Virus record (IMG/VR): IMGVR_UViG_3300030606_000034
Span: 1-32,388 of that record
Strand: one strand, 5' to 3'
DNA: 32,388 nt
Origin: a virus
Taxonomy: Duplodnaviria; Caudoviricetes
The notes under the pieces are model-generated. The model was not told the origin of the DNA. It searched no databases and saw only the letters and a list, made by a program, of their open reading frames with translations. Within the stretch, counting starts at the first letter, position 1. Each line of letters opens with the position of its first letter. A program made the translations under genes and the position numbers. Below, piece after piece: positions 8,600 through 17,842 of this stretch.

Positions 8600-9852
8600 C
8601 CATAGACCCGAACGACGAAATGCTGCGCGCCACGCGCGAGAGCCAGGGCAGGCCCACGGACGCGCAGCCTCTATCCACAGAGCCGGGTGAGGCGGTGAGC
8701 GTCACGAAAGAAATGATCCATCGTGCCTTGAAAGCCTCACGCGACAAGAGGCTCAACACGCTTACCAATGACGAGGCCATGCGCTTCATTCTCGAAGCCG
8801 CCACTCTCACCGGCACAGTCCGTCCTGTAGAAGCCGTGGCGGTGAAGGCGCTGGAGACACAAGATAATGGGATAGCCACAGTCTGCGACGGAACGCGATT
8901 TCGCGATAGCGCCGAAGCGGATGGACAGGCCAGTGGTGAAGCCGGGTTGCTCCGGTCTACAGAAGGTTCGATCCCTTCCTATCTCGCCTCAATCGGTCCG
9001 TTAGAGGCCGTTGCCGATCTCATCAAAGCGAGGGACGCCGATTGCCGAACCGTAGGCTATCGGTCCGACTTATGGGACAGGCTACGTTCCACTCTCGACC
9101 ATATGCCTGTCTGGAGTGTTGGATCATGGGGTGACGGATCGACGCCGCCTGATCTGGCCAACATCTTCTGTGACGCCTACGAAATAACCGTAGCAGTTGG
9201 GCTCCCCAAGGACATCGCTGCCGAGATCGTGGCCGCGCACAATGAATCCCTAGCTACCCCTCTCAGCAATCCCGAAGCGCCAGCCGCACCGGTGGTGGAG
9301 ATAGATTGGGATTCGGAGCCCAAATTCGATTGGAACAACACTAATCGCGAGGCTCGTCAAAATCACGTCGCCTGGCACAGGGATTGGGCTGAAGCGCAAA
9401 TCGAGCGAATCCGCGCCGCTCTCGTAGCCACCCAGCCCGCCCCAACATCGGCGGTGAATGGGGAAGACTACGCACTGAGGCATTATGACCCTGTGCGTGT
9501 TGCTTTGGAGATGCAGGAAGCCAAAGCGAAGGCCGAAGGTCGCGAAGACGATGAACTCTACTGGCGGCATGAAATAAAGGCGCTGGACGATGCTCGAAAC
9601 TCCGTCAAAATGGCTGTGCCGGGGGAGATGGAACGGTTGCGGCTGGCGTTAAAGCCGTTCGCCGACCTTGCCGCCGTGAGATACCCTGACGAGGGCGGCG
9701 CGCCATCGCATATCGACATCATTACCGCCAACGGCGAGCAAGACGAGATCGAACTGCGAAGCCACACCGCCGTGAGCGATCACTCCGTCGTCCTTTGTGG
9801 CAACGACTTCCGTGCCGCCCTCGAAGCCGCATCGCAAGCGAGGGCCAAATGA
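8596..9852 (+). CDS. Mosaic hypothetical protein
   Basis: 418 aa with ATGA coupling at both ends; patchy composition. Confidence 0.75.
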   Translation: MTIDPNDEMLRATRESQGRPTDAQPLSTEPGEAVSVTKEMIHRALKASRDKRLNTLTNDEAMRFILEAATLTGTVRPVEAVAVKALETQDNGIATVCDGTRFRDSAEADGQASGEAGLLRSTEGSIPSYLASIGPLEAVADLIKARDADCRTVGYRSDLWDRLRSTLDHMPVWSVGSWGDGSTPPDLANIFCDAYEITVAVGLPKDIAAEIVAAHNESLATPLSNPEAPAAPVVEIDWDSEPKFDWNNTNREARQNHVAWHRDWAEAQIERIRAALVATQPAPTSAVNGEDYALRHYDPVRVALEMQEAKAKAEGREDDELYWRHEIKALDDARNSVKMAVPGEMERLRLALKPFADLAAVRYPDEGGAPSHIDIITANGEQDEIELRSHTAVSDHSVVLCGNDFRAALEAASQARAK

Positions 9853-10112
9853 ACGGGATCGCCAAGAAATTGGAAGATGCAAAGGCCGAAGTGGCTCGGC
9901 TAGAACGCATCGCCGGCAGCGCGACATGCCGAGAGATGGGTTGCCATGACTGGCAGTCTATCGGCGGTACGAACGCCAGTTGCGGCGATCTTGGCAAAGA
10001 TTGCTCGTGTTCAGTGCCGGTCCTCCAGTGCAGGCGCTGCGGTGATTGCGACTACGGAGACAATGCCGAGGCCGAAGAAACGCGTCGCAAGTGTGCGGAG
10101 TCTGCAAAATGA
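9849..10112 (+). CDS. Cys-rich hypothetical protein
   Basis: Coiled-coil N-terminus followed by C...CH.W...C...CSC...CRRCGDC; ATGA coupled. Confidence 0.75.
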   Translation: MNGIAKKLEDAKAEVARLERIAGSATCREMGCHDWQSIGGTNASCGDLGKDCSCSVPVLQCRRCGDCDYGDNAEAEETRRKCAESAK

Positions 10113-10579
10113 ACACGCACCCGATCATCGAAAGTGTCAGATCTGATATCGAAGGTCTCGACTTCGCTGACGACGACAAGCGACAGAACGCCGAAGACAG
10201 CATCATCTGCACCGTACAAACGCTCATCGACCACATCGAGGCCCTCGAAGCTGAGAACGCTAGGCTGGTGAAGGATCTATCTCGAAAGACGGCCAACGTA
10301 CGAGACCTAGCGCACCGGAAGGTCATTGCTGGCGAATACCGAGACGATTTCAAAGCCCGCGCCATCGCCGCCGAAGCCGACCGGGAAGCGCTAGGGGTGG
10401 CGCTGGCGCCGTTTGCGGAAGCGAACGACCTGTTCAATAGCTGGTGCCCTGACGAAACGCACGCATGGTACATTGATGGCGCGGAGCCCGGCGAAGAGAC
10501 GCCATCGCCCGTGACAGTTGGAGACTTCCGCCGCGCCCGCGCTCTTACACAGGGTGGTGGGAAGGGGGAAGGGCAATGA
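10109..10579 (+). CDS. Hypothetical protein
   Basis: ATGA coupled; coiled coil plus ALAPFA...GDFRRA module. Confidence 0.72.
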   Translation: MNTHPIIESVRSDIEGLDFADDDKRQNAEDSIICTVQTLIDHIEALEAENARLVKDLSRKTANVRDLAHRKVIAGEYRDDFKARAIAAEADREALGVALAPFAEANDLFNSWCPDETHAWYIDGAEPGEETPSPVTVGDFRRARALTQGGGKGEGQ

Positions 10580-10923
10580 CCACCATGCACCGCCTGTGCG
10601 AGCACGTCGCCGCCCTGTACGACAACCCGTCGCCAAGCCATGCCGCCGCGTGTGCGGACGCCGAGGCTCACGGCCGGCCGGCATTCTGGCCGGCGACCAA
10701 GTGGGACGAAACGACCGTCGAGCGCGTCGCCTGGTTTGCCACCTATAGCGGCGAACTGCATCAGGCACTCGACCGCTTTTCCGACAAGCCGCGCAAGGAG
10801 ATCATCGACAGCCTTGTGCCGCTCAATCACAAAGCCGTGCTCCAATTGCGCATGGCCTACATGTCGATAGGCGAATATCCGCCAATCCCAAAGCTTTGGG
10901 CCAGACAGGAGAAACGGGCATGA
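10576..10923 (+). CDS. Hypothetical protein
   Basis: ATGA coupled on both sides. Confidence 0.7.
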   Translation: MTTMHRLCEHVAALYDNPSPSHAAACADAEAHGRPAFWPATKWDETTVERVAWFATYSGELHQALDRFSDKPRKEIIDSLVPLNHKAVLQLRMAYMSIGEYPPIPKLWARQEKRA

Positions 10924-12077
10924 CCGCTTTTGTAATCGTAGAAGGCCGCTCTCTTGCGGCAGCAATGAAGAAAATCAACCTCGTCGTCGAGAAGCGAACG
11001 ACGATCCCGATCTTGACCACCGTGCGGCTGCTATCCAGTGGCGTCGGTCTGGTACTGCGCGGTACTGATCTCGACATGGAGATCACGACAGATGTCGACC
11101 TGATCGACGGCGACGGCGACACGGACGTATGCCTGCCGGCGCACTTGCTGGAGAAGATCGCCCGCCAGGCTGGACCCGCGCTAGTGAGGATCGAGGCCGG
11201 CGAGTATCGCGCGAAGATCGACGTTGCCGACGGTGACGCGACCTACGAGGTGCAAGGCTATCCGTCCAGCGATTATCCAGAACTGTCGTCCGGCGCATGG
11301 ACGCCGATCGAGAGCTTCACCAACGGCCGGCTTGCCTCGATCCTCGATCGCGTGTCGACCTGCATATCGACCGAGGAAACGCGCTATTACCTCAACGGCG
11401 TGAACTGGTCGATCGACACGTTCGGCCGCTGCATGACGGCGACGGACGGGCATCGCCTGGCAAGCGCCAGGTACGACACCGACGGCGATGACAAACCCAT
11501 GTCTGTCATAATCCCCTATGGAGCCGTCCGAGTGCTGCGCAAGCTCGCCAAGGGTAAGGACGTGGGCGTCAATCGCAGCACCGACGAGAGGCACCACCTT
11601 GAGTTCTGGATCGGCTCAACCCACCTTGTCACCAAGACCATCGACGGCACATTTCCGGACTGGCGTCGCGTCGTGCCGAAGGAGACGCCGCACGCTATCG
11701 AGTTCGACGCGGACCTGCTTCGCACCGCACTGGAGCGCGTGACCATGATGGCGAGCGAGAATGGCCGGGCCGTCCGCATCTATCGCGGCGAGGACGGCAC
11801 TGCACACCTGTCCATCAAGAACGCCGACAGCGGCGAGGGCCACGCCAAGGCGTTTGCGACTTGGCCGGACGTTCCGGCAGACCCGAATAACCCCGACTTC
11901 AGGGGCACTATCGCCGGCTTCTCCTCGTTTGGCTTCAACGCCGCATACCTGAAAGCCGCGCTTGGCAACAATCACGGCCGCTTCATCCTTCGGTTCGCTG
12001 ACAGCGGATCGCCGTTCATTGTCGACGATGGCGACGAGGAAATGACCCGCGTCCTTATGCCTATGCGCGTCCTATGA
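10920..12077 (+). CDS. dnaN: DNA polymerase III beta sliding clamp homologue
   Basis: TIPIL, GTDLD, STEETRYYLNGV, ATDGHRLA, IDGTFPDWRRVVP, FNAAYL and VLMPMRV motifs. Confidence 0.95.
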   Translation: MTAFVIVEGRSLAAAMKKINLVVEKRTTIPILTTVRLLSSGVGLVLRGTDLDMEITTDVDLIDGDGDTDVCLPAHLLEKIARQAGPALVRIEAGEYRAKIDVADGDATYEVQGYPSSDYPELSSGAWTPIESFTNGRLASILDRVSTCISTEETRYYLNGVNWSIDTFGRCMTATDGHRLASARYDTDGDDKPMSVIIPYGAVRVLRKLAKGKDVGVNRSTDERHHLEFWIGSTHLVTKTIDGTFPDWRRVVPKETPHAIEFDADLLRTALERVTMMASENGRAVRIYRGEDGTAHLSIKNADSGEGHAKAFATWPDVPADPNNPDFRGTIAGFSSFGFNAAYLKAALGNNHGRFILRFADSGSPFIVDDGDEEMTRVLMPMRVL

Positions 12078-12559
12078 CCACACACGCCGCGATCGTCATG
12101 ACGGCCGACATCGCCGACAAGAGGGTCAGGTCGATCATGCGGTACTTTGACAGCCACGGCTGGCCGGTCGCCGGCCGTGACGCCGAACGCGATACGGCCG
12201 GCATAGTGTCTAGTCGCTTCCTCGCAAGGTACTCCACAGGAGGAGGCCGTCAGCACGTCCTCGCACTAGGCGCAGGGCTGTACGCGCCCGTTGACAAGGC
12301 GGGAACGGACCCTGTGCCGGTATCGCGCGACGTGGCGCAGGCTGTCCTTGCGCTGGAGGCCGACGAGGTGATCGACGATCATGACCACTTGCGACTATTC
12401 AAGCTTGCCATGATACTGGAGCGCAAGGGCTTGGCCACCATTCGAAAATCGAGGACGACGCGCGCCGGCATTCGTCGACAGACGATCCGGCTCGCGCTCA
12501 ACGAGGCCGGCCGCTCAATGCTTGAAGCGAGGGCGAGGCTTGCAAAGGATGAATTTTAG
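12074..12559 (+). CDS. Hypothetical protein (possible C-terminal winged helix)
   Basis: ATGA coupled to dnaN; LERKGLA...LNEAGR pattern. Confidence 0.7.
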   Translation: MTTHAAIVMTADIADKRVRSIMRYFDSHGWPVAGRDAERDTAGIVSSRFLARYSTGGGRQHVLALGAGLYAPVDKAGTDPVPVSRDVAQAVLALEADEVIDDHDHLRLFKLAMILERKGLATIRKSRTTRAGIRRQTIRLALNEAGRSMLEARARLAKDEF

Positions 12560-12607
12560 TCGCACAACACCCGATGCCAACGCCGACTGCCAGCGCGCGG
12601 AACCCGC

Positions 12608-15214
12608 ATGACCGACATTGATTTCGACAGGATCAGGAAAGACTACCCGTTGCCGGACGTGGCAACGGCGTCTGGCCTGAAGCTGACAAAGAACGGCAAT
12701 GAGTACATAGCCTCATGCCCGTTCCACAGCGAGAAGACCGAGAGCTTCACCGTCTACAAGGACAAGTCCGGCGTCTGGAAAATGCACTGCTTCGGATGCG
12801 GCGCGCATGACGACGTGATCGGCTTCTACAAGGAACGCTACGGCTGCAAAGACAGCGGCGAGGCGGCGAGGGAGTTGACTGGTGGAGAAGCCAGGCGCGA
12901 TCCCGTCGCACCGAGCGAGGCAGTGCAGTCCAGCGATCCCTATAGCGGCTACGATATCGGACGCCCGCCTGCCGACACGCCGCCGATCATTGGCGGCAAG
13001 CGAACACCGCCGATCCTCAATCCAAAGCGCGTCGACGCCAGCACCGGCAAGCCCAAGGTGGTCACGTACACGCCGACGATGGCGTTCCCGTACACGACCA
13101 AGACCGGCGAGCTTCTAGGCTACGTGCTGCGCGTCGAGTTCGACGGCAAGAAGATCACACCCGGAGTGTGGTGGACGAAGAACAAGGAAACGCAGTTCGA
13201 AGGCTGGAGCCATGGCAGCTATCCCGCGCCGCGCCCGCTATACGGACTGAAGGAGATACACGAAAATCCAGAACACCAAGTCCTCCTCGTCGAAGGCGAG
13301 AAGTGCAAGGACGCCGCCGCGCGCCTCATGGCCGGCAAGAAGGTGGTCGCTGCTACGTGGATGGGAGGCGGCAAGGCGCTGTCGAAAGTCTACTGGAAAT
13401 CCCTCGCCGGCCGATCCGTGGTCATCTGGCCAGACAACGACGAGGAGGGATGGAAGACTGTTCTAGGCTACGCCGGGCCTGATATGTCCTGGCACAAGGG
13501 CCTCGTCGAATACTGCTACGCGGCCGGTGCGAAGAACGTGAAGATCGTTCACATTACGCCGGCCAGCCGCGAGCCGGGCTGGGACATAGCCGACGCCGAG
13601 AAAGAGGGCCTTGGCCAGAAAGGCGTTGAGTTTATAATTCGTGATCGCATCCAGCCATGGAGCAATGAGCGACACGCAGAATGGAAAGCCGAGGCGATCG
13701 CCAAGGCAGGACCGCAGGGAGCGATAAAGGATGACGACGATCCGGGACCAGTGGAAGACGTTTCACAGAGCGCGCCGGCTGATGAAAGGCCACGGAAAAA
13801 GGCAGGCGGAAGCACTAAGAGAAAACCCGGATATTCCGGAAATGGTACGAAACCGCCTGATCGATCAGATAATATTCCCGCCAATGGTCTGGCCTCAGCC
13901 GACGCTGGCGAAAGCGATGGGCTGGACGACGACGATCTTCCCGCTCAAGTCGGCCGAGGCTTTGACATCGACGATGAAAGCTGGCGAAACCACCTGATCA
14001 TGAAGGCCGACGGCAACGGCCTGAAAGGCAACAGCCTCCAGAACTTCGCCCTCCTGCTCCAGTACGAGCAACGTTTCGCGGGCATCTTCGCGTGGAACGA
14101 TTTCGCCAAGGAGGTCTATCTACAGCGCCGGCCGCCGTGGGACGTTGGCGGCTCTTGGAAAGTCCGCAAGATCACAGAGCCAGACATCACGTCGGCCGCT
14201 TGCTGGCTGGAGTATTGCGGCATGTCACCGAAGACGAACGACATTGGCAAGGTTGTGCAGCGCGTCGCCCAGCACAACAGTTATAACCCGGTCACTTCAC
14301 GCCTGCTCAAGCTGAAGTGGGACGGCGTGCCGCGCCTGTCCGGCAATGGCAATGGCGATGACGCCGAGATCGTCAAGCCGTGGCTTACAAACTGCCTTGG
14401 CGCGGTGCCGTCGACGGAGAACATAGCGTTCGGCCGCAAGTGGATGATCGGAGCCGTCGCCCGCGCCATGCAGCCAGGATGCAAGGTCGACACCATGCTC
14501 GTCCTTGAAGGACCGCAGGGATTGAAGAAGTCTTCAGCGCTGCGCATTCTGTCCGACGCGGTTGTGCCTGGCGTGTTCACCGACGAAATTTCAGATCCAA
14601 ATTCCAAGGACGCCGGCCTGCAAATGCAAGGCGCGTTCATCATCGAGATCGCCGAGCTTGACGCATTCCGCCGCGCCGAAATCACGCAGATCAAGGCGTG
14701 GCTGTCACGCCAGGTCGACCGCTTCCGTCGCCCGTACGGAAAGATCGTCGAGGACTTCCCGCGCGGCTGCGTGTTCGCCGGCACCGTCAACCCGATCGGC
14801 ATCGGATACTTGAAAGACCCGTCAGGAGGCCGGCGCTTCTGGCCCGTCGAATGCGGCAAGATCGACCTAGACCGATTGGCGAAGGACGCGCCGCAGCTAT
14901 GGGCGGAAGCGGTCGCGGCGTATCAGGACGGCGAGGAGTGGTGGTTGAGCGACGACGAACAGGTTTACGCCACGATCGCGCAGGCCGCGCGCTATGAGGA
15001 AGACCCCTATAACACCATGATCGACGAGTACATTCACGGCCGCGCCACCGTCACCCTGCTCGACATCATGCAGCACGCGCTCGACATTCCGAAAGAACGC
15101 CGGAGCGCGATCGTCAACAAGCGCGTAGCCGCGCATTTGCATTCACGTGGATGGCAGCGAGTGAGTGAGGGAAGCGGCCGAGTATTTTACGCCGCGCCGG
15201 ACAGGATCATTTGA
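12608..15214 (+). CDS. Primase-helicase: CHC2 Zn finger, TOPRIM and VirE/VapE ATPase domains
   Basis: CPFHSEKT..HCFGC; VEGEK and PDND; LEGPQGLKKS, IEIAELD, RRPYG and GGRRFWP. Confidence 0.93.
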   Translation: MTDIDFDRIRKDYPLPDVATASGLKLTKNGNEYIASCPFHSEKTESFTVYKDKSGVWKMHCFGCGAHDDVIGFYKERYGCKDSGEAARELTGGEARRDPVAPSEAVQSSDPYSGYDIGRPPADTPPIIGGKRTPPILNPKRVDASTGKPKVVTYTPTMAFPYTTKTGELLGYVLRVEFDGKKITPGVWWTKNKETQFEGWSHGSYPAPRPLYGLKEIHENPEHQVLLVEGEKCKDAAARLMAGKKVVAATWMGGGKALSKVYWKSLAGRSVVIWPDNDEEGWKTVLGYAGPDMSWHKGLVEYCYAAGAKNVKIVHITPASREPGWDIADAEKEGLGQKGVEFIIRDRIQPWSNERHAEWKAEAIAKAGPQGAIKDDDDPGPVEDVSQSAPADERPRKKAGGSTKRKPGYSGNGTKPPDRSDNIPANGLASADAGESDGLDDDDLPAQVGRGFDIDDESWRNHLIMKADGNGLKGNSLQNFALLLQYEQRFAGIFAWNDFAKEVYLQRRPPWDVGGSWKVRKITEPDITSAACWLEYCGMSPKTNDIGKVVQRVAQHNSYNPVTSRLLKLKWDGVPRLSGNGNGDDAEIVKPWLTNCLGAVPSTENIAFGRKWMIGAVARAMQPGCKVDTMLVLEGPQGLKKSSALRILSDAVVPGVFTDEISDPNSKDAGLQMQGAFIIEIAELDAFRRAEITQIKAWLSRQVDRFRRPYGKIVEDFPRGCVFAGTVNPIGIGYLKDPSGGRRFWPVECGKIDLDRLAKDAPQLWAEAVAAYQDGEEWWLSDDEQVYATIAQAARYEEDPYNTMIDEYIHGRATVTLLDIMQHALDIPKERRSAIVNKRVAAHLHSRGWQRVSEGSGRVFYAAPDRII

Positions 15215-15238
15215 CGATGAATTGCCTTGTGATATAAG
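15211..15238 (+). promoter_or_regulatory. Putative sigma70 promoter with extended -10 driving the small RNA
   Basis: TTGACG (15211-15216), 16-nt spacer, then TATAAG (15233-15238) preceded by TGn. Confidence 0.65.
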
Positions 15239-15241
15239 GGC

Positions 15242-15321
15242 GCTGCGATCCTGGCAGGTCGCGGTTGCCTTTCACCGGGCAAGCCCGGCACGTTTCATGC
15301 GGCGTGCCGGGCTTTTTATTT
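15242..15321 (+). ncRNA. Candidate three-hairpin antisense small RNA
   Basis: Three consecutive stem-loops (loops CTGGCA, TTCACC, TTTCATGCGG) between a promoter and a U-tract; loops are complementary to motifs at many start codons. Confidence 0.7.
15281..15321 (+). terminator. Intrinsic terminator
   Basis: 12-bp stem AAGCCCGGCACG/CGTGCCGGGCTT followed by TTTATTT, between convergent genes. Confidence 0.9.
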
Positions 15322-15660
15322 GGGCGCGCCAGGTCCGCCCGCGATAATCGACAGCGCATCCTCGACCGTGCGGGCAATTCCGGAGCGCCCGTTACGCATG
15401 ATCACCCACTTGTGCCAGTCAGCTTGCCCCTTGCGGCGCGCGTCAGAGCCGACCTTGATCTCGATGGACACAAACACCCCGGCAGAGGTCAAACCGATCA
15501 GGTCGCCTCCCCCGCCACCGTGCGGCCCCACTCCGTAGGCAACGCGATAGGTCTTTCCCTTTCGCTTGTAGACGGCCAACCCGCTATTATTGCGAACGAG
15601 CAAGCATCCGACATCGGACGCGGCCAGGCATATCGCCTCAGTCAGTTCGGCGGTGTTCAT
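15316..15660 (-). CDS. VRR-NUC (PD-(D/E)XK) nuclease
   Basis: RNNSG...DLIG...FVSIEIK...Q..W...G...ARTVEDA pattern; downstream of the SF2 helicase. Confidence 0.85.
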   Translation of the reverse strand: MNTAELTEAICLAASDVGCLLVRNNSGLAVYKRKGKTYRVAYGVGPHGGGGGDLIGLTSAGVFVSIEIKVGSDARRKGQADWHKWVIMRNGRSGIARTVEDALSIIAGGPGAPK

Positions 15661-15857
15661 AGCCGTCGCGCCATCTTGCGAAGGCGCTTCCACCTGGCGC
15701 GGGCGATAGCCTTGCGCTGGTGAGCCAGCGACGGACGCAACGTCGTCGCATCCTCGTCGTCCGGAAGTAGCCGCGTCGTCGCTTGTTGTCTCGTCGCCTT
15801 GAGATAGGCCAGCACTTCGGCGAACTCTCGGTCAGCTTGGCCGGTATCCATATCCAT
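15657..15857 (-). CDS. Hypothetical protein
   Basis: ATGA coupled to VRR-NUC; basic C-terminus; start uncertain. Confidence 0.55.
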   Translation of the reverse strand: MDMDTGQADREFAEVLAYLKATRQQATTRLLPDDEDATTLRPSLAHQRKAIARARWKRLRKMARRL

Positions 15858-16023
15858 CTGTCTCGACCTTTCCATCCTCGACCAGTTCGCGCAGGATGAT
15901 CCCCGTCACGCTCAGCATGTGCGCCGGCACCCAGCCGCCATACCTGGCCTGCTCCTCGCGCCATGCGTCCATGAAGTCGCGCATGTCCTGGCGCTTGAGG
16001 GCAAGCAGTTCCTCGCGTGTCAC
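15832..16023 (-). CDS. Hypothetical protein
   Basis: GTGA overlap with the helicase stop. Confidence 0.6.
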   Translation of the reverse strand: MTREELLALKRQDMRDFMDAWREEQARYGGWVPAHMLSVTGIILRELVEDGKVETDGYGYRPS

Positions 16024-17525
16024 CGCATCACCCTTTCAATCGCCGCCTTTTCGAAGAAATCCATTTGCTGTTTGCGGGCATACTCGCGCGCCTCCTCCTT
16101 GGCCTTCTTCGAAGTCCAGAGTTTTGCTGCCCACTCCTCAGCAAAGTCGTACCCACGACGCCGGCCGATGTCGATCAGTTCGTCGAGCGATCCGGCCTGC
16201 CACTCCTCCAGCTTCTTCGCCTTGCGCACGCGGTCCTTGTCGATCTCATGCAGGTCGCCGTCCTTCATTTCCACCTGGCGCGCGCCGATCGGAGCGGATC
16301 GCTTCTTCGCCTCGCGCAACTTCTCGCCGCAGTGCCGGCAGACGATCGTCACGGCCGGCACGGTCGCGCCGCAGCCCGTACACTGTACAACCTCGCTTGC
16401 TCGCTTTTCAGCGCCGGCTAAGCTCCACTCTCGATCGTCATCAGGCAAGCCGTGACCTTGCGCCATGATGTTGCCGGCGTGGTCGAGCAGCACCGAGCGG
16501 CCGCCCCACGGCCGCAGCATCCGGCCGGCTTGCTGCATGAACATGCTGAGAGATTTCGTTGGGCGCGCCATGCCGACGCACTGGATCGGCACATCACGTT
16601 CCGCCTGTGCCGACAAATCGTATCCCTCGCCGAACAGGTCAACATTCGTGAACACCATCAACTCTCCGTCCGCCATCTGGAGCGCGGCGGCGCGGCGTTC
16701 CCAAGACTTATGGTCGCCGTCCAGATGCATTGCCGGGATGCCGGCTTCATTGAACGACGCCGCGACGTGCTGGCTATGCTTGATCGAGGTGCAAAAGTAG
16801 ACCGCGCGCAGCCCGTTGGCGTACTGGCGATAATCGCGAACCATGTCGCCGATGATGACGGCCTTGTCCATCACCTCGTCGACTTCAGACGTGACGTAAT
16901 CTCCCATGCGGGTGTGAAGCCCGGTCAGGTCAGGCGATGACGGCGCATAGGCCACATAGTCAGCCAGATATCCGCTGTCGATCAGCCACTTGACCGACGG
17001 GCCGGTCACGATGTCATCGAAGAAAGCGTCTAGACCCTTCCCGTCAAGTCGGCAGGGAGTGGCCGTCAGACCTATGAAGGTCGTATCCTTCCACGCCTCC
17101 ATCACCTTGACGTAGGTCGCGCTTGGCGCGTGGTGAGCCTCGTCGACGATGCAGTAATCAGGAGCCTTGACCTGTGCCAGACGCGACTTGAGCGTCTGCA
17201 CCATGTCGATATGAATTGGAGGCCACGGATTGTTCCAGCGCCCGGCCGCGATGAACGAATAGTCCAGCGCCAGGCGGGAAAAGGTCTTGGCCGTTTGGTC
17301 GATCAGGAAATCCCGGTGAGCCAGGAAGTCGACGCGCTTGCCGTTCTCGACGAGCGCTTTCGTGATCCGACTGGCTATCACCGTCTTGCCGCCGCCCGTC
17401 GGACATTGAATGAGGATGCGGGGCGCGCGACCCTTGACGGTCTTTCGGAGCGCACGAAGCTTCTCGCGCGCCTCCTGTATGATCTTGGTCTGGAACGCGC
17501 GTTCCTGCATGTCAGGCGAGGCCAA
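16020..17525 (-). CDS. Superfamily 2 (DEAH) helicase with C-terminal Zn ribbon
   Basis: PTGGGKT, DEAHH, GLTATP, QQAGRMLR and CTGC..CRHC; start may be the ATG at 17510. Confidence 0.93.
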   Translation of the reverse strand: MASPDMQERAFQTKIIQEAREKLRALRKTVKGRAPRILIQCPTGGGKTVIASRITKALVENGKRVDFLAHRDFLIDQTAKTFSRLALDYSFIAAGRWNNPWPPIHIDMVQTLKSRLAQVKAPDYCIVDEAHHAPSATYVKVMEAWKDTTFIGLTATPCRLDGKGLDAFFDDIVTGPSVKWLIDSGYLADYVAYAPSSPDLTGLHTRMGDYVTSEVDEVMDKAVIIGDMVRDYRQYANGLRAVYFCTSIKHSQHVAASFNEAGIPAMHLDGDHKSWERRAAALQMADGELMVFTNVDLFGEGYDLSAQAERDVPIQCVGMARPTKSLSMFMQQAGRMLRPWGGRSVLLDHAGNIMAQGHGLPDDDREWSLAGAEKRASEVVQCTGCGATVPAVTIVCRHCGEKLREAKKRSAPIGARQVEMKDGDLHEIDKDRVRKAKKLEEWQAGSLDELIDIGRRRGYDFAEEWAAKLWTSKKAKEEAREYARKQQMDFFEKAAIERVMR

Positions 17526-17721
17526 GTTCTTCGGCCTTCCAGTCGAGGATGCGAAGCATGACTACCTCGTCACGCGGCATCCGGTCCAGCTTGAGATCAT
17601 CGCCGCCGTGCAGGAGCGAGCGCGGTATGTTTTGCGCGACTTGCCGGTTGCGGGCGATCACCCACACGGATGACGGGAGAACGTTCGATATTCGTATGGT
17701 CACGGTCCTGTAGCTTGCCAT
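17512..17721 (-). CDS. Hypothetical protein
   Basis: GAAGGA SD upstream; fills the gap before the helicase. Confidence 0.6.
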   Translation of the reverse strand: MASYRTVTIRISNVLPSSVWVIARNRQVAQNIPRSLLHGGDDLKLDRMPRDEVVMLRILDWKAEELGLA

Positions 17722-17842
17722 CTGTCTGTTCCTTCACCGGCTTGGTCACTGTGATAATCGCGCCGCACTGGCAGCGGCGAGTATGCGGGAACGCCGTCGG
17801 CTTGAACACCGTGCCGCAGGCGCATTTGTAGACGGGTTTCAT
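17597..17842 (-). CDS. Small Zn-ribbon protein
   Basis: MKPVYKCACG...RCQCG; ATGA coupled; long 3' overlap with the next gene. Confidence 0.55.
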   Translation of the reverse strand: MKPVYKCACGTVFKPTAFPHTRRCQCGAIITVTKPVKEQTDGKLQDRDHTNIERSPVIRVGDRPQPASRAKHTALAPARRR

